Both the position numbers and the translations under genes were made by a program. A stretch of 64,000 nt of DNA from the NCBI RefSeq assembly GCF_018977255.1, contig NW_024704742.1, positions 123,506,001 to 123,570,000 of the forward strand, given 5' to 3'. Below are positions 32,086 to 44,411 of this stretch, one piece after another. The notes under the pieces were generated by a model. That model was not told the DNA's origin. It ran no database searches and saw only the letters and a list, made by a program, of their open reading frames with translations. Positions within the stretch are counted from its first letter, which is position 1; each line of letters opens with the position of its first letter. This stretch comes from Callorhinchus milii (Eukaryota).

Positions 32086-34690
32086 AGGAACACAGAAACA
32101 GGAGGAGGCCATTCAGCACTTTGAGCCTGTTCCGCCATTAAATAGATCGTGGCTGATCTGTACCTCAGCTAATCCTTTCAATTCCAATTTTGCGCTTTCT
32201 CCCCATATCCCTTTATACCCTGACCTACCAAAAATCTGTCAACCTCACTCTTGAAGGTGTGGATGGATCCAGTGTCCACGGTCTTTTGGGGGAGAGAATT
32301 CCAGATTTCTATCACCCTTTGAGTGAAAAAATGCTTCCTGATTTAACTCTTAAATGGCCTGGTTCTAATTTTAAGACTATTCCCCCTTGTTTTGGATTCC
32401 CCCACCAGAGGAAATAGCTTTTCTATATCCCCCTATCAAGTCCCCGTATCTTAAATACCTCAATCAAATCACCGCTCCACCTTCTATTGTCAAGGAAATA
32501 CAATCCAAGTTTACGCAGCCTTTCCTCATAACTTAACCCTGTTAGGCCTGGTAACTTTCTATTGAACCTGCCCTGCATCCCCTCCAGGGCCAATATATCT
32601 TTCCTGAGGTGTGGTGCCCAAACCTGAACGCAGTCTCCAGATAGGGTCTAACTAACGCTCTACACAACTGAAGCATCATTTCTTCCCCTTTGTATTCCAG
32701 GCCTCTCAAGATATAGGTCAACATTCTATTTGCCTTTTTGATTACTTTTTGCACCCGGGAACAAGTTTTTAGTGATTTGTGGTTATGGAAACCCACATCT
32801 CTTTGCCCCTCCAAAGTTCTTAATTTCTCTCCATTAAGAAAATATTCTGCTTTTTTTTGGTCCATAGTGAATGATCTCACCCTTCCCTACATTGAACTCG
32901 ATCTGCCTCAGCTGTGCCCACTCACTTAATCTGTCTAAGCCATTTGTAACTTCTTACTCCCATTTACACAACTTACTGAGCCTGCTAGCTTAATGCAAAC
33001 TTGGATATAAAACTTGACATTCCTTCACCAAAGTCATTTATTTACATATATATCCCAGTACAGACCGCTGGGGGACACCACTTGTCACGTCCCGCCAATC
33101 AGAGAACGTTCCCTTTGTCCCTATTTTATTTCCTGCCTCCCAACCAATTACCGAACCATGTCACAAGGTTACCTCTGACTCCATGCGCTTCCATTTTCAC
33201 TAAAATTCTTTCGTGTGGAACCTTATCAAACGCCTTCTGAAAGTCCATATAAACGACATCCAAAGGCACTCCCTTATCTACCATTTTGGTAACCTCAAAA
33301 AATTCAACTAGAGTAGTCAGACACAACCTACCCTTTACAAACCCATGCTGACTTTCTTTGACGAGCTCATACCTGTTCAAATGTTCAGTCACTCTGTCCC
33401 TGATGATGAATTCCAGTATTTTCCCTACAACTGGCGTTAAGCTGATAGGTCTGTAGTTTCCTGGTTTCTCCCTCCCTTCTTAAAAAAAAGGTGACATTCG
33501 CAATTTCCCAATATAAGGGTACAATTCCCGAATCTAGTGAGCTTTGAAAATTATGATGAATGCATCTGTAATTTTCTCTCGTATTTCCTTTAACACCCAG
33601 GGGTGGAAACTATCAGGTCCTGGAGATTTGTCTATCTTAAGTCTCATTATTTTCTCCATTACCATTTTTTTATTTATATTCACTTTATTAAGCATTTCCT
33701 GTTCAGGTGCAGCCATCCCAACAGTACAAACTCATTCCTGTCCCAGCACTGGTGCTGGTGTCCCATGAAATGGAACCCCTCCCTCACACACCACTGTTTC
33801 AGCCACATATTCACTTCCCTGATCTGTTTATCTCTAGGCCAATTTGCACGTGGCTTGGGTAGTAATCCAGAGATTACCACCTTCGAGGTCCTGTTTTTTA
33901 ATTTAACCCCTTGCTCTTGATACTCCCTTAGCAGGGCCTCCTTGCTCTTTCCTATGTCGTTAGTTTCTGCATGGATAACGGCAACTGGTTCTTTCCCCTC
34001 CCTTTCCAAGTTCCTTCCCAGCTGCTTTGAAGTATCCCTTACCCTGGCACCGGGAAGACAACACATCCGCCTGGACTCGTGATCACGATACCCTCGATCC
34101 CCTTAATTACTTCATCCTCTATAACTACAATGTTTCTATCCTGCTCCTTCCCCGCTTGCACTGCCTTCTGCTCTATGGTGCTTTGGTTTGCATTCAGGCC
34201 TCCTTCCCCTCATCCAATGCAGCAAGTACATTGTACCTGTTGGACAGGACCAGTGCCTCCTTCTCTGGCTCGACTAAGTAAATACTACCCTGCTGGCTAT
34301 CAATCTCACACTCCTCTTCCTGAACCTCTCTATGTGGTGTGGCTATGTTTTGAAGTAAACTATCCAAATATTCTTCCTCCTCCCTTATGTGTCTGAGTGT
34401 CTCTAACATGACTCCAGATCAAAAACCCTGAGCAGGAGTGACTCAAGACACGTACACTTCTCAAGGATGTGACCAGACTTACTATCCACAAATTCCCACA
34501 TACTGCAGCTTTGACACATTAACTGTGTTGCCATTACCCCTTTATAGTGTCTACTCCACTTAACATTTAGGATTATTTATACAAATATATAGTTACATTT
34601 ACGAGGTTTTCCCTTTGCCTTTGATTTGTTTTTAGTTATTTTTCTCCTTAACATATTTTACCGTTAACAATTTCAGAGTAAATAGGTAAA
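32086..34690 (-). mobile_element. CR1 LINE copy 2, same family as copy 1: RT plus ORF1 with esterase, endonuclease deleted
   Basis: Colinear with 611-2930; ORF1 SGNH-like motifs CLPGARVRD, VIHAETNDI, VVISGLLP. Confidence 0.9.
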
Positions 34691-36170
34691 CAATTTTTTA
34701 TATTCAATTTTGCAGCTTTTGTCTCTTGCTCACACTCCTTAATACTTAACACATACTTCCTCAGCAATGTTACCATTGGTCTAGTCGCCCCCACACCTGG
34801 CTTCATTCTCCGATCTCCCGAAGGCCCCAAAAAGGCTCCTGTACGGAGCTTTACCTGGTGGAAGTTTTACCTGGTGCTCAGAAACCTTGACTTTGTAGTA
34901 GTAGAAAATTTTAAAATGGCAATTCATTATCTGTCAAAGAAGCAGCAGATCTGCAACTTATTGTGCTGTATAAGGAATGGGGTTTAGAAAACCTTCTGCA
35001 TTGTAGGTGAAAGAAGAGTATCTGAGGGACTCCAAATAGCCATTGCAAAGGGGACAAAAAAAAAACTTGACCAGAGACCAGCTTGTGTGTGGCTACATTT
35101 GGAAGAGAAGTTTTCTCTTGACTTTTATTGATGAGGGTTGGGGATGGTGGGGGAGGAGTTTGTTGGATTCGCGTGAATGGAGAAATTACTTTCCTGGTTG
35201 TTGTTTGCTCAAATAAGCTGGATCCCAGGCCATTTAATGGTTAACTATAATTCAGAATGTTTTCATTGTAGCATTACCCCCACTCCCAGGAGCCGCTGCC
35301 TGGACTGAGATATGCTGAAACTCTGCCCAGACTCTCGACTTTTCCAGTCAGCATAATTTAGAGTGCTATAATTATCCATTAAAGACTCGTTGATCCCGAT
35401 CGACTTCTTGTGGCGTCAAGAAATGGCCCATCAAACACCTGCCCTAGTCCAGGCAAGTCTATGCCAATTCAGTAGGTACCCATGGCCTGGCCATGAATGA
35501 AGAGTTTTTATTTGGTTGGTCGACCCTAAAAAGTTGGATACCACTGCACTAAGACAATGGAGCAGTGGCCTGATGCGTTTTTCAACTCAAATACTGTGTA
35601 TTTCAACCATATTTTGCACAAGTTTCCTCTCCTTCATCCATCCGTCTGCTTTTTTTCAATTTATATTTGGCTTTCCTTCTGCTCCAGTATTCTAAAGTGA
35701 TTTATTCATTCTAACCATTCATATAACATTCATTCGAATGTTATAAATGTACTTGGGTTATTTAATAAATATTACATGTTCATTGATGAAGCTTGATGGT
35801 CTGACTTAAAAACAAATCTCCTTTTTTCTGTTTTTAAAGATGCATCCTGATGTCTACACTTGCAACACTCGATTACCTCAAAGTATTAAATGTATAGTTT
35901 GACTGAAAACGTTAATCTTGACTCTTTATTTTCTAACCGAGTAGAAAGTACCTACCCTCCCTGCTCGGTGTCTGGCAATTTCTGTGAAGCGCTTTGAGAC
36001 CTTGACCAAGAATTATCAATAGTTAAAGAAAACCACCATCACTGAGTGAAATTAAAGGAACAGTGAAACCAAACCCCTAAATCAGTGAGATTTGCACGTT
36101 GATGTGCAATATACCAATATCATCTTATTTTGTTGGGAGATGCTCAAAAATTGGCAAAACTCCAAAATAT

Positions 36171-36440
36171 GGAGTCCTACAGCTCAGTGGTTAGAACACT
36201 CGCCCCGCAAGCAAGAAACCTGGGTTCAATTCCCGGCAGGACAAAATCTTGGGCAAGTTTCCTTATAATAATCCCTCAAGAGAAAAAATAATAAATTAGT
36301 CACTTCAATCCATGACTGTTTGTGGGACACTGCTGTGTGCAATTGGCTGCTGCTTTTTGCCTGCAAATATAATCAAATCACTTTACAGTATATTCTGTGA
36401 GGCGCTTTGAGACGTCTAGAAGACATGAAAAGTGCATTTC
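36171..36440 (+). mobile_element. tRNA-Ala SINE, short type
   Basis: Head at 36171, Deu-like block, tail hairpin. Confidence 0.88.
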
Positions 36441-36709
36441 CAAACTGCACAACATTTAATGATTGAGGTGAGTTTGGAATTTGCTTTGGGGATCTTGTTC
36501 CTGGATTGCAGATAGCATGTTGTGTTCAATTATTTTACACCACTGAAACTTTCAGTAAGCTTTGTATTCTGCTTCTGGGATATCAAAAACTAGTTTGACT
36601 GCATTTACTGGCATTTCAGAAGAACTGTTACTTTTCTACCACTGCAAAAACTAATTTTGCATTTCTACTTATGTAGTGAGGCATCAACAGTGAGCATTAT
36701 TCATTCTTT

Positions 36710-37680
36710 ACGTGGATGACACCAAACTCTTTCTCTCTGCCTCCAGCCTCGATTCCAGGACAACTGATATCCTGACAGACTGTCTGTCTGACATCATGTC
36801 CGGGATGAGAGCCAACTTTCCACAGCTGAATGTCAGCAAGTCCGAGGCCCTCCTGATTGGCTCACGCCAGAGCCTCAGCATCTCAGGCACCGGCAACATC
36901 AACATCCACGGTTGCACACTCCACCTCACCAAACCAGTCAGGAACCTGGGCATCTTGTTCGACCCTCAACTGTCCTTTCTCCCCATATCCGTGCCATGAC
37001 CCGCTCTGATTTCCCCCACCTCCGCAACATTGCCCGACTCCACCACTGCCTCACCCCTCAGGCCGCTGAAACCCTCATACACACATTTGTCACTTCAAGG
37101 CTCGACTACGGAAACTCCCTCCTTGTCGGCCTCCCCAACTCTTCCCTCCACAAGCTGCAGATCATCCAGAACTCTGCAGCTCGTGTCCTCTCCCGCACCA
37201 GACTCCGTGACCCCATCATCCCCACCCTCACCCGGCTCCACTGGCTCCCCATCCCCCAGAGGATAGAATCCAAAATCATCTCCTCACTTTCAAGGTTTTC
37301 CATGGCCTCACCCTTCCTACATCTCTGATCTGCTGAATCCCTATCAGCCTGTCCTCTCCCTCCGCTCAGCAGGCTCCAGCCTGCTCCAGGTCTCCCGCCC
37401 AACCTGCCCTATCTCAGCAGCCGGGCTTTCAGCCTCTCTGCCCCCACTCTTTGGAACTCCATCCACAATCCCTTCTCCTTGCTCCCTCTCTTGCCTCCTT
37501 CAAGGCACGACTCAAGACCTTCCTTTTTGACCGTGCCTTCAGCCGCCATCCTACCCCCTCCGCCCTCCCTCAGCTCAACCCTGCGCCGCCCACGCTCGGG
37601 TCCTAATTCCTGACTGTTCAGCGCCTTGGGACGTCCTCCCGACGTGAAAGGTACTTTACAAATGCAATTTTGTTATTGTT
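36710..37680 (+). mobile_element. 5'-truncated L2, older relative of family A
   Basis: DDTKLFLS...FPQLNVSKSEALLIG; A-type tail. Confidence 0.9.
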
Positions 37681-38753
37681 TTTTAAAAAAAATCCAACAA
37701 ATGGGCAAGCATGGATGCAGAGTTCTGGGATGTTGCGTATGAGTAATGAGGATGCAATTCACTCCAGGGATTCATGTGATGACAGCCATGAGAGTAAAGT
37801 TTTAGTGATTGATGGACATCACCGAACTGCAAGAATAAATTACGGTCTTTATTCTCCCATCTATAATTTACATGTAACTCTATCCTTAAAGCACAAACAG
37901 CCTCGACATTTAGTGTTTCAGTTAATTTGAGCAAAATCTTATTGTGATGTCAGTTCGGAGCATTCTTACAAAATAACAAAATCGTTTCAATGTTCCAAAA
38001 GCCGTTGAAATGTGATTAATCATCCACTTGGCAGTGAAATAAGCTGTTGCCATTCGGTGACATTTATCTATCTACGGAAAATAAATAACTGAGATTTACA
38101 ACTAGACCACCTGCTATTCCCAGTTCATGGTACGGACACGTTCAAGGCTTTTGACCATGATGCTTGATCCAGTTACTATAAATATATATTATTAACAACA
38201 ACAAGATTACATTTGTATAGGGCCTTTCACGTCAGGAGGACGTCCCAAGGTGCTGGACAGTGTACAGCATTTCAGGCTGATAGGGGGCAACAGGTCAGAG
38301 ATGCAGGAGGGGGCAAGGCCATGGAGGGCCTTGAAAGTGAGGACGAGGATTTTTTTTATTATATATACAGTTACTAGAAGGTATGTAATGGCATTTTATG
38401 ACTGCTTTTTTAAATTCCGTCCCCTATTTCCTTTTCTTTGGGGCCGATCCCTCTGCCCCGCCCGCCCCTTCTCAAAGTAAAATTCTGGTACGTTAGTTTC
38501 TCGGTGACTGCCCTAAATTAGGGTGTTACATAAGTACTTTTCATTTTGAGAATTCTGTTTCTGAGACTTAACAAGAATGAGTGAACGAGACAGCCCAGTC
38601 CACACCTTTTTCTAGGCCATCTGATCTTTCCATTCTATGTAATGCCTCTTACTATGAACGACGTCTTCAGCTTGAGGGGAAGCAGCAGCAAAAACCCGAA
38701 GGAGACATTGAGTGACAGCAAAGCCCTGTACTACAAAACACATCTCCTACAGT

Positions 38754-40805
38754 GGAGTCCTGCATCTCAATGGTTAGAGCACTCTTCTCGCAAGCGAGAG
38801 TTGAATTCCCGGCAGGGAGAAACATTGTGTAAATTTCCTTACTCCACACACCTGTTTACTGAGTAGTAAGTAGGAACCTGTTTTTTAGTTGATTGGCAGA
38901 TCGCTTCTCTGGGGGTAATAATTCCTTCAAAAAATAATAATAAATTGGTCACTCAATCCTCGACTGTTTGTGGGACACTGCTGTGCGCAGTTGGCTGCCG
39001 CGTTTCCCCCACAAAGTATACAGTCAATTCACTTTACAGTTTGTTCCGTGAAGCATTGAGACGTAATAAAATGCTATATCAAATGCAAGGGTTCTTATTA
39101 CACCCATCAATTGACATATTCACCAAAGAGCCATCTCATTCCCTCGTAAGACCATATGTACAGCAAGTAATGAACATTCTTCCATACTTGTTGTTTTTAC
39201 ATATTACTGTAATAGTATTATACCTTCAGAGACTTGGTGAATGGATCCTGAATGTTAAATGTTTGGCTGACTTGGACCATTTCAATGCAGAAGAAACTTG
39301 TGTTTCATTGCAGAAGACAAATAATATTGGATGAAAATGTGCAGGTAGCTTCGAATCAGTTGTTTTACGGAATGCATTGAGGAACCTATCGCATGTTGGG
39401 ATCCGTTACTGTGAAGCGCTCTGAGATGCCATCCGGCATGAAGGGCACTTTATAAATCCAAGTTGTTGTTGTTGGCCCCTGAGGTGGCTAAATACAAGTG
39501 AACATCTGTTATGGCATTTTTGGTTGTGTCAACATCACATGATGAATCTCTATCCTTGTAATCATTCAAAGTAGAAGCTTTCCTCAATGATGAGTGTCTG
39601 CAGAATAGCTGAAGGTGAGCTAGTCCTAACAATATAATAATAATATTAATCCTTGCATTTGATATAGTGCTTTTCACGTCTTCTAGACGTCTCACTGAAT
39701 ATACTGTAAAATGAATTGACTGTATATTTGTGGGTGAAATGCGGCAGCCAATTGTACACAGCAGTATCCCACAAACAGTCGTGGATTGAAGTGACCAATT
39801 TATTATTGTTTTTTTCTTGAATTATTATCAGGCATGTGGAATAAGGAAACTTGCCCAAGGTTTCGTCCTGCCAGGAATCGAACCCAGGTCTCTCGCTTGA
39901 GAGGCAAGTGCTTCAACCACTGAGCTACAGGTATCCATGAATGAATATCATTCACATCTTATAGGTTGCCGCGCTATGTTGCCCTCTTATATATTACCAC
40001 AAAAATGATATATATCATATATAATGCCACATTATGAGTTCTGTTTAAAGGCAGAGGGTATAACTGACGGGATTTAATGGATCATTTGACTTTTGTCTCC
40101 CCCACAGGAATCTTGAGAATATACAATCTCTTCTGTCAAAGGTTCAAGAAACTATTAAGCAGTTGGCTGGTCATGTAGAGCTGGTAAGAGTCTTGATAAT
40201 CAAAATAATCCTTGCATTTGATATAGCGTCTTATCACGTCCTTGAAACGTCTCAAAGCGTTTCACAGAAATGTTGGGCAAGTTTCCTTACTCCACACGCC
40301 TCTGTTTTACTCTGTAGGAATCCAGTTGTTAGTCGATTGGTGAATTGCTATTCTGTGGGTAATAATCCCTTCAAAATAATAATAATTTGGTCACTCAATC
40401 CATGACTGTTTGTGGGACACTGCTGTGTGCAATTGACTGCACGCTTCTCCCACAAAATCTACAGTCAATTCAGTTTACAGTATATTCTGTGAAGCACTTT
40501 GAGACGTCTCAAAGATGTGATGAGGCACAAGGGAATATTATTATTTGTAGAACATATTTTCAACAAAGCTGATCTAGCATTACATTACAGTATATATTTA
40601 ATAATAATAATCCTTGCATTTGATATAGTACTTTTCAAGTCTTCTAGACCTCTCAAAGCGCTTCACAGAATATACTGTAAAGTGAATTGACTGTATATTT
40701 GTGGGCGAAACACAGGAGCCAATTGCACACAGCAGTGTCCCACAAACAGTCGTGAATTGAAAATGACCAATTTATTATCGTTTTTTTATTTTGGAGGGAT
40801 TATTA
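38754..40805. mobile_element. Dense SINE cluster: 38754-39099(+), 39632-39937(-), 40203-40270(- tail) fused to 40272-40545(+), and 40600-40805(-, 3' half)
   Basis: Each segment matches the SINE consensus seen at 6705 and 18879. Confidence 0.88.
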
Positions 40806-43800
40806 ACAACAACAACTTGGATTTATATAGCGCCCTCCACGTGTCTCAGAGCACTTCACAGTAATGGATCCCGAGGCTGAGCCAGGGTGGGTGGGGGGAG
40901 GAAGGTGACCAAAGGCACTGTCGAAAAGAAAGGTCTTCAGCAGGGATCTGAAAATAGGAAGAGAGGGGGCGAGGCGAAGGGAGTGAGGAAGGGAATTCCA
41001 GAGCCTCGGGGCGTAGTGGCTGAAGGCATGCCACCGAGGGTGGAGCGGAGGAGGCCAGACCCGGAGAAACGAAGGCAACTGTTTTGAGGAGAGAGGAGGT
41101 CAGAGAGGTAGGGGGGTGCAGAGGAGTGGAGGAATTTGAACACAAGGGTGAGGATCTTGAAGTCGATGGGCAGCCATTGCAGTCTGGCAAGGACTGGGGT
41201 GATCAGGGAGCGGAGTTTGGTGCGGGTGAGAATGCGGGCGGCAGAGTTTTGATGATCTGGGTTTTATGGATGGTAATGGATGGGAGTCCGGCGAGGAGGG
41301 CGTTAGAGTAGTCCAGCCGAGAGGTGACAAAGGCATGGACCAGGGTTTCAGAGGCTTTCGGAGAGAGGTATTGTCGGATATGGGCGATGCGTCAGAGGTG
41401 GAAGAAGGCGGTGCTGGTGAGGGTCCTGATGTGGGGGAGGAAGGATAATTGAGGGTCGATCCTGACGCCTAGGTTGCGTACGGGTTTGGAGAGTTTTAGG
41501 GGGAGGTCGGGTAGGTGGAGGAGGTGAGAGCTGTGAGATTTTAGATGTTGACGAGAGCCAAAGAGTATGGCTTCCGTCTTGTCAATGTTCAGCTGAAGGA
41601 AATTTGTGCTCATCCAGCTCCTGAGGTCTGATAGGCAGGCTGACAGAACATCAAGGGATTGGGTGTCGCAAAGAGAGGTGGAAAAATAGAGTTGGGCGTC
41701 ATCCGCATACATGTGGAAGTGTACCCCATGTCTGTGGATGACATCCCCACGAGGGAGCATGTAGATCAGAAAGAGGAGGGGGCCAAGGATGGATCTTGGG
41801 GTACCCCGCAGTTAACCGGGTGAGAGCGGGAGGAGAAGCCGTTTGTGCAGATGTACTGCTGGCGGTTTGTGAGGTAGGACTTGAACCAGACGAGTGAGGT
41901 CCCACAGAGGTGGATGACGGAGAAAAGGCAGTGGAGGAGGATGGCGTGATCGACTGTGTCGAACACCGCGAAGAGGTCCAGGAGGACGAGGCAGAGGGAG
42001 CCCTGATCACAGATAGAGGATGTCGTCTGTGACTTTCACAGATGCAATCTCTGTACTGTGGGCAGGGCGGAAACTGGATTGGAGGGGTTCGAAGAAGGAG
42101 TGGGAGGAGAGGTGTGTGCGAAGTTGATTGGCAACAACATGTTCTAGGACTTTTGTGAGGAAGGGCAAGTTAGAAATGGGGCGGTAGTGGCTGGGGTTTG
42201 AGGGATCTAGGGAAGGTTTTTTGAGGAGGGGGATAATGACAGCAGTTTTGAGGGAGGCAGGGACTGATCCGGAGGAGAGGGACTGGTTGATGATGTCAGC
42301 CAGTAGTGGGCAGAGGAGGGGGAGCTGGTTGACCAGCAAGTTGGTGGGGAGGCGTTCGAGGCAGCAGGTGGTGGGTTTCATGGAGGTGATGGTGGGTGAG
42401 AGGGAGGAGAGAGAGATAGAGAAAAAGGAATGTAGGATGGGGTTGATGGTAGGAGCTGATGATGGGGAGGGGGGCAGAGAGGGGGTGGTGGTGGGTGACA
42501 AGAGGCAGGTGGATGAGGCTGCCTGGCCGATGTTGTGAATTTTAGATGAAAAGATTTTAGGGTTGTGTTTAGCCTCCAAGATGATGTTGAAGTAGAAGGC
42601 CGTCTTTGCACGTGTCAAAGAACGGCGGTAGCTGTGGAGATGCTCGAGCCACAGTTGGCGGTGGACTGTCAGGTCAGTTTTCCGCCATCTGCACTCGAGT
42701 AGCCGGGTTTGGGTTTTTAGGCGGCGGAGATGGTTGTTGTACCAGGGGGATCGGGTGGGTTTGGAGATGGTCCTGGATTTCAGGGGGACGAGGGAGGTGA
42801 AGGTGGAGGAGAGGCGATCATAAACGGCTGGACGGCTGTTTCAGGATATCCATGGGTGGAAGGCCAGAGGGATAGGATGTTTGATGATGTTAGGGCCTTT
42901 TTGAGGGTCTCGGGGGTAGCCTTTTCCAAAGCGGTAGAGGATGGTTGAGGGCTTGGTGGAGGAGAGAGGGATGTGAGATGAGAAGGAGATAAGGAAGTGG
43001 TCCGAGATAGCCTTGTCCACAATGCTGAGGTCAAGGCTGTGGGTGATAACGAGGCCACGGGGATGACCACGGTTGTGGGTAGGTGAGGTTTAGGGAGGAG
43101 AGGAGGGCAGTGAAGTCAGCAGAAGTAGTGCAAGGGGAGTTTAGGTGGAGGTTGAAATCTCATTATGGCCCATTATGTGTAGGCGCTCGGAGCAGAGGGA
43201 CAGGGAAGAGAGGAGAGTAGAGATGTCTGTGTGGGAGGAGCCGGGGGGCTTGGGGGGGGGGTAGACAAGGAGGATTTTCAATGGGAGAGAGGGGTGGAAG
43301 AGGGTGAGGTGCTCCAAGGAGGGGAAGCAGCCAGAGAAGTAGGGGGTAAGACCAAAGGAGGCTTTGGAAATGAAAGCCACCCTGCCGCCACGTTGGTTTG
43401 GATGGGGGGTGTGGTGGAAGGTGTGGTCTGGAGGCTTCTACTAGGGGGACAGGGTCATTGGGGGAGAGCCAGGTTTCGGTGAGCCCAAGAATGTCAAGGT
43501 GCTCGTCCAGGATGAGGTTGTGGATGGTGAGGTCTTTATTTAAGAGGAAATGGACATTTTGGAGGGAAATGCGGATGGGTTTGCTGGAGGGCGGGAGGGA
43601 GGGGAGAGTGGTGCGGAGAGGATTTTGGGTTGTACAGGAGAGATGATTGTGGAGAGTGGTGTGAGTGGAGAGTTTGGGAGGGTACGTATGAGGGGGAAGT
43701 TGGGTTTACCTTAAGGAGGCAGTTTGAGCGGAGGGAGTGAGTGATGGGACATGTGGGGTTTCTGCTCTGGGACAGCCAGTGCCAGGAGCCACGATTGGCC

Positions 43801-44297
43801 CAGCGGAGGATGCCCAGGCTGGAGCAGAGGGAAGTGGTGACGGGGTCGAGGAGAGAGAGAAGGCGGGGAGGGCGGTGGGAGAGAAGGATAGAGGGGGAGA
43901 GCGGATAGAGGGGGGTGGGAGGACAGACATAGAGGGGGGTGGGAGGAGAGATAATTAGAGTGGAGAGGGAGAGGGAGGCTCGGGTCGGGGCAGCAGCCAA
44001 AACGCGCACGCAGAGACCGGGAGCGAGCGATCAGCGGGACGGCATCAGCCCTCAGGTTCAGCCTCCCAGGCCATGGCCGGGATGGCAGTGGTAGGGGCCA
44101 GGCCGTTGTTGTTGTTGCTGGTTATTTTTAACTGTGACGTCACGCCGACGTCACTTTGTGAATGGCGGCCCCTCCCCTCCCCTCACCTACCTCGCTCTCC
44201 TGCCTCCGCTCCCGTCTGAGTGGCTCCTCACCTGGCTGTGCTTTATACACGCAGCTCGGCCTCAGCTCTGCCCCTCGGTCTCCTGCCTCCGCTCCCG
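40806..44297 (-). mobile_element. Full-length (3.5 kb) but mutated single-ORF L2, tail family B, inserted into a SINE
   Basis: APE remnants, [26 protein letters not shown], (GTT)n tail; TSD TATTA at 40801-40805 and 44298-44302. Confidence 0.9.
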
Positions 44298-44411
44298 TAT
44301 TATTAGGCGTGTGGAGTAAGGAAACTTGCCCAAGGTTTCGCCCTGCCTGGAATTGAACCCAGGTGTCTCGCTTGCAAGGCGAGTGCTCTCACCACTGAGC
44401 TGTAGGACTCC
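44298..44411 (-). mobile_element. 5' half (tRNA head) of the SINE split by the L2
   Basis: Joins seamlessly to 40600-40805. Confidence 0.9.

Noticed and set aside
35500..35550. Possible hAT/MITE terminal remnant (aaaagttggataccactg)
   Set aside because: No partner inverted end or TSD found
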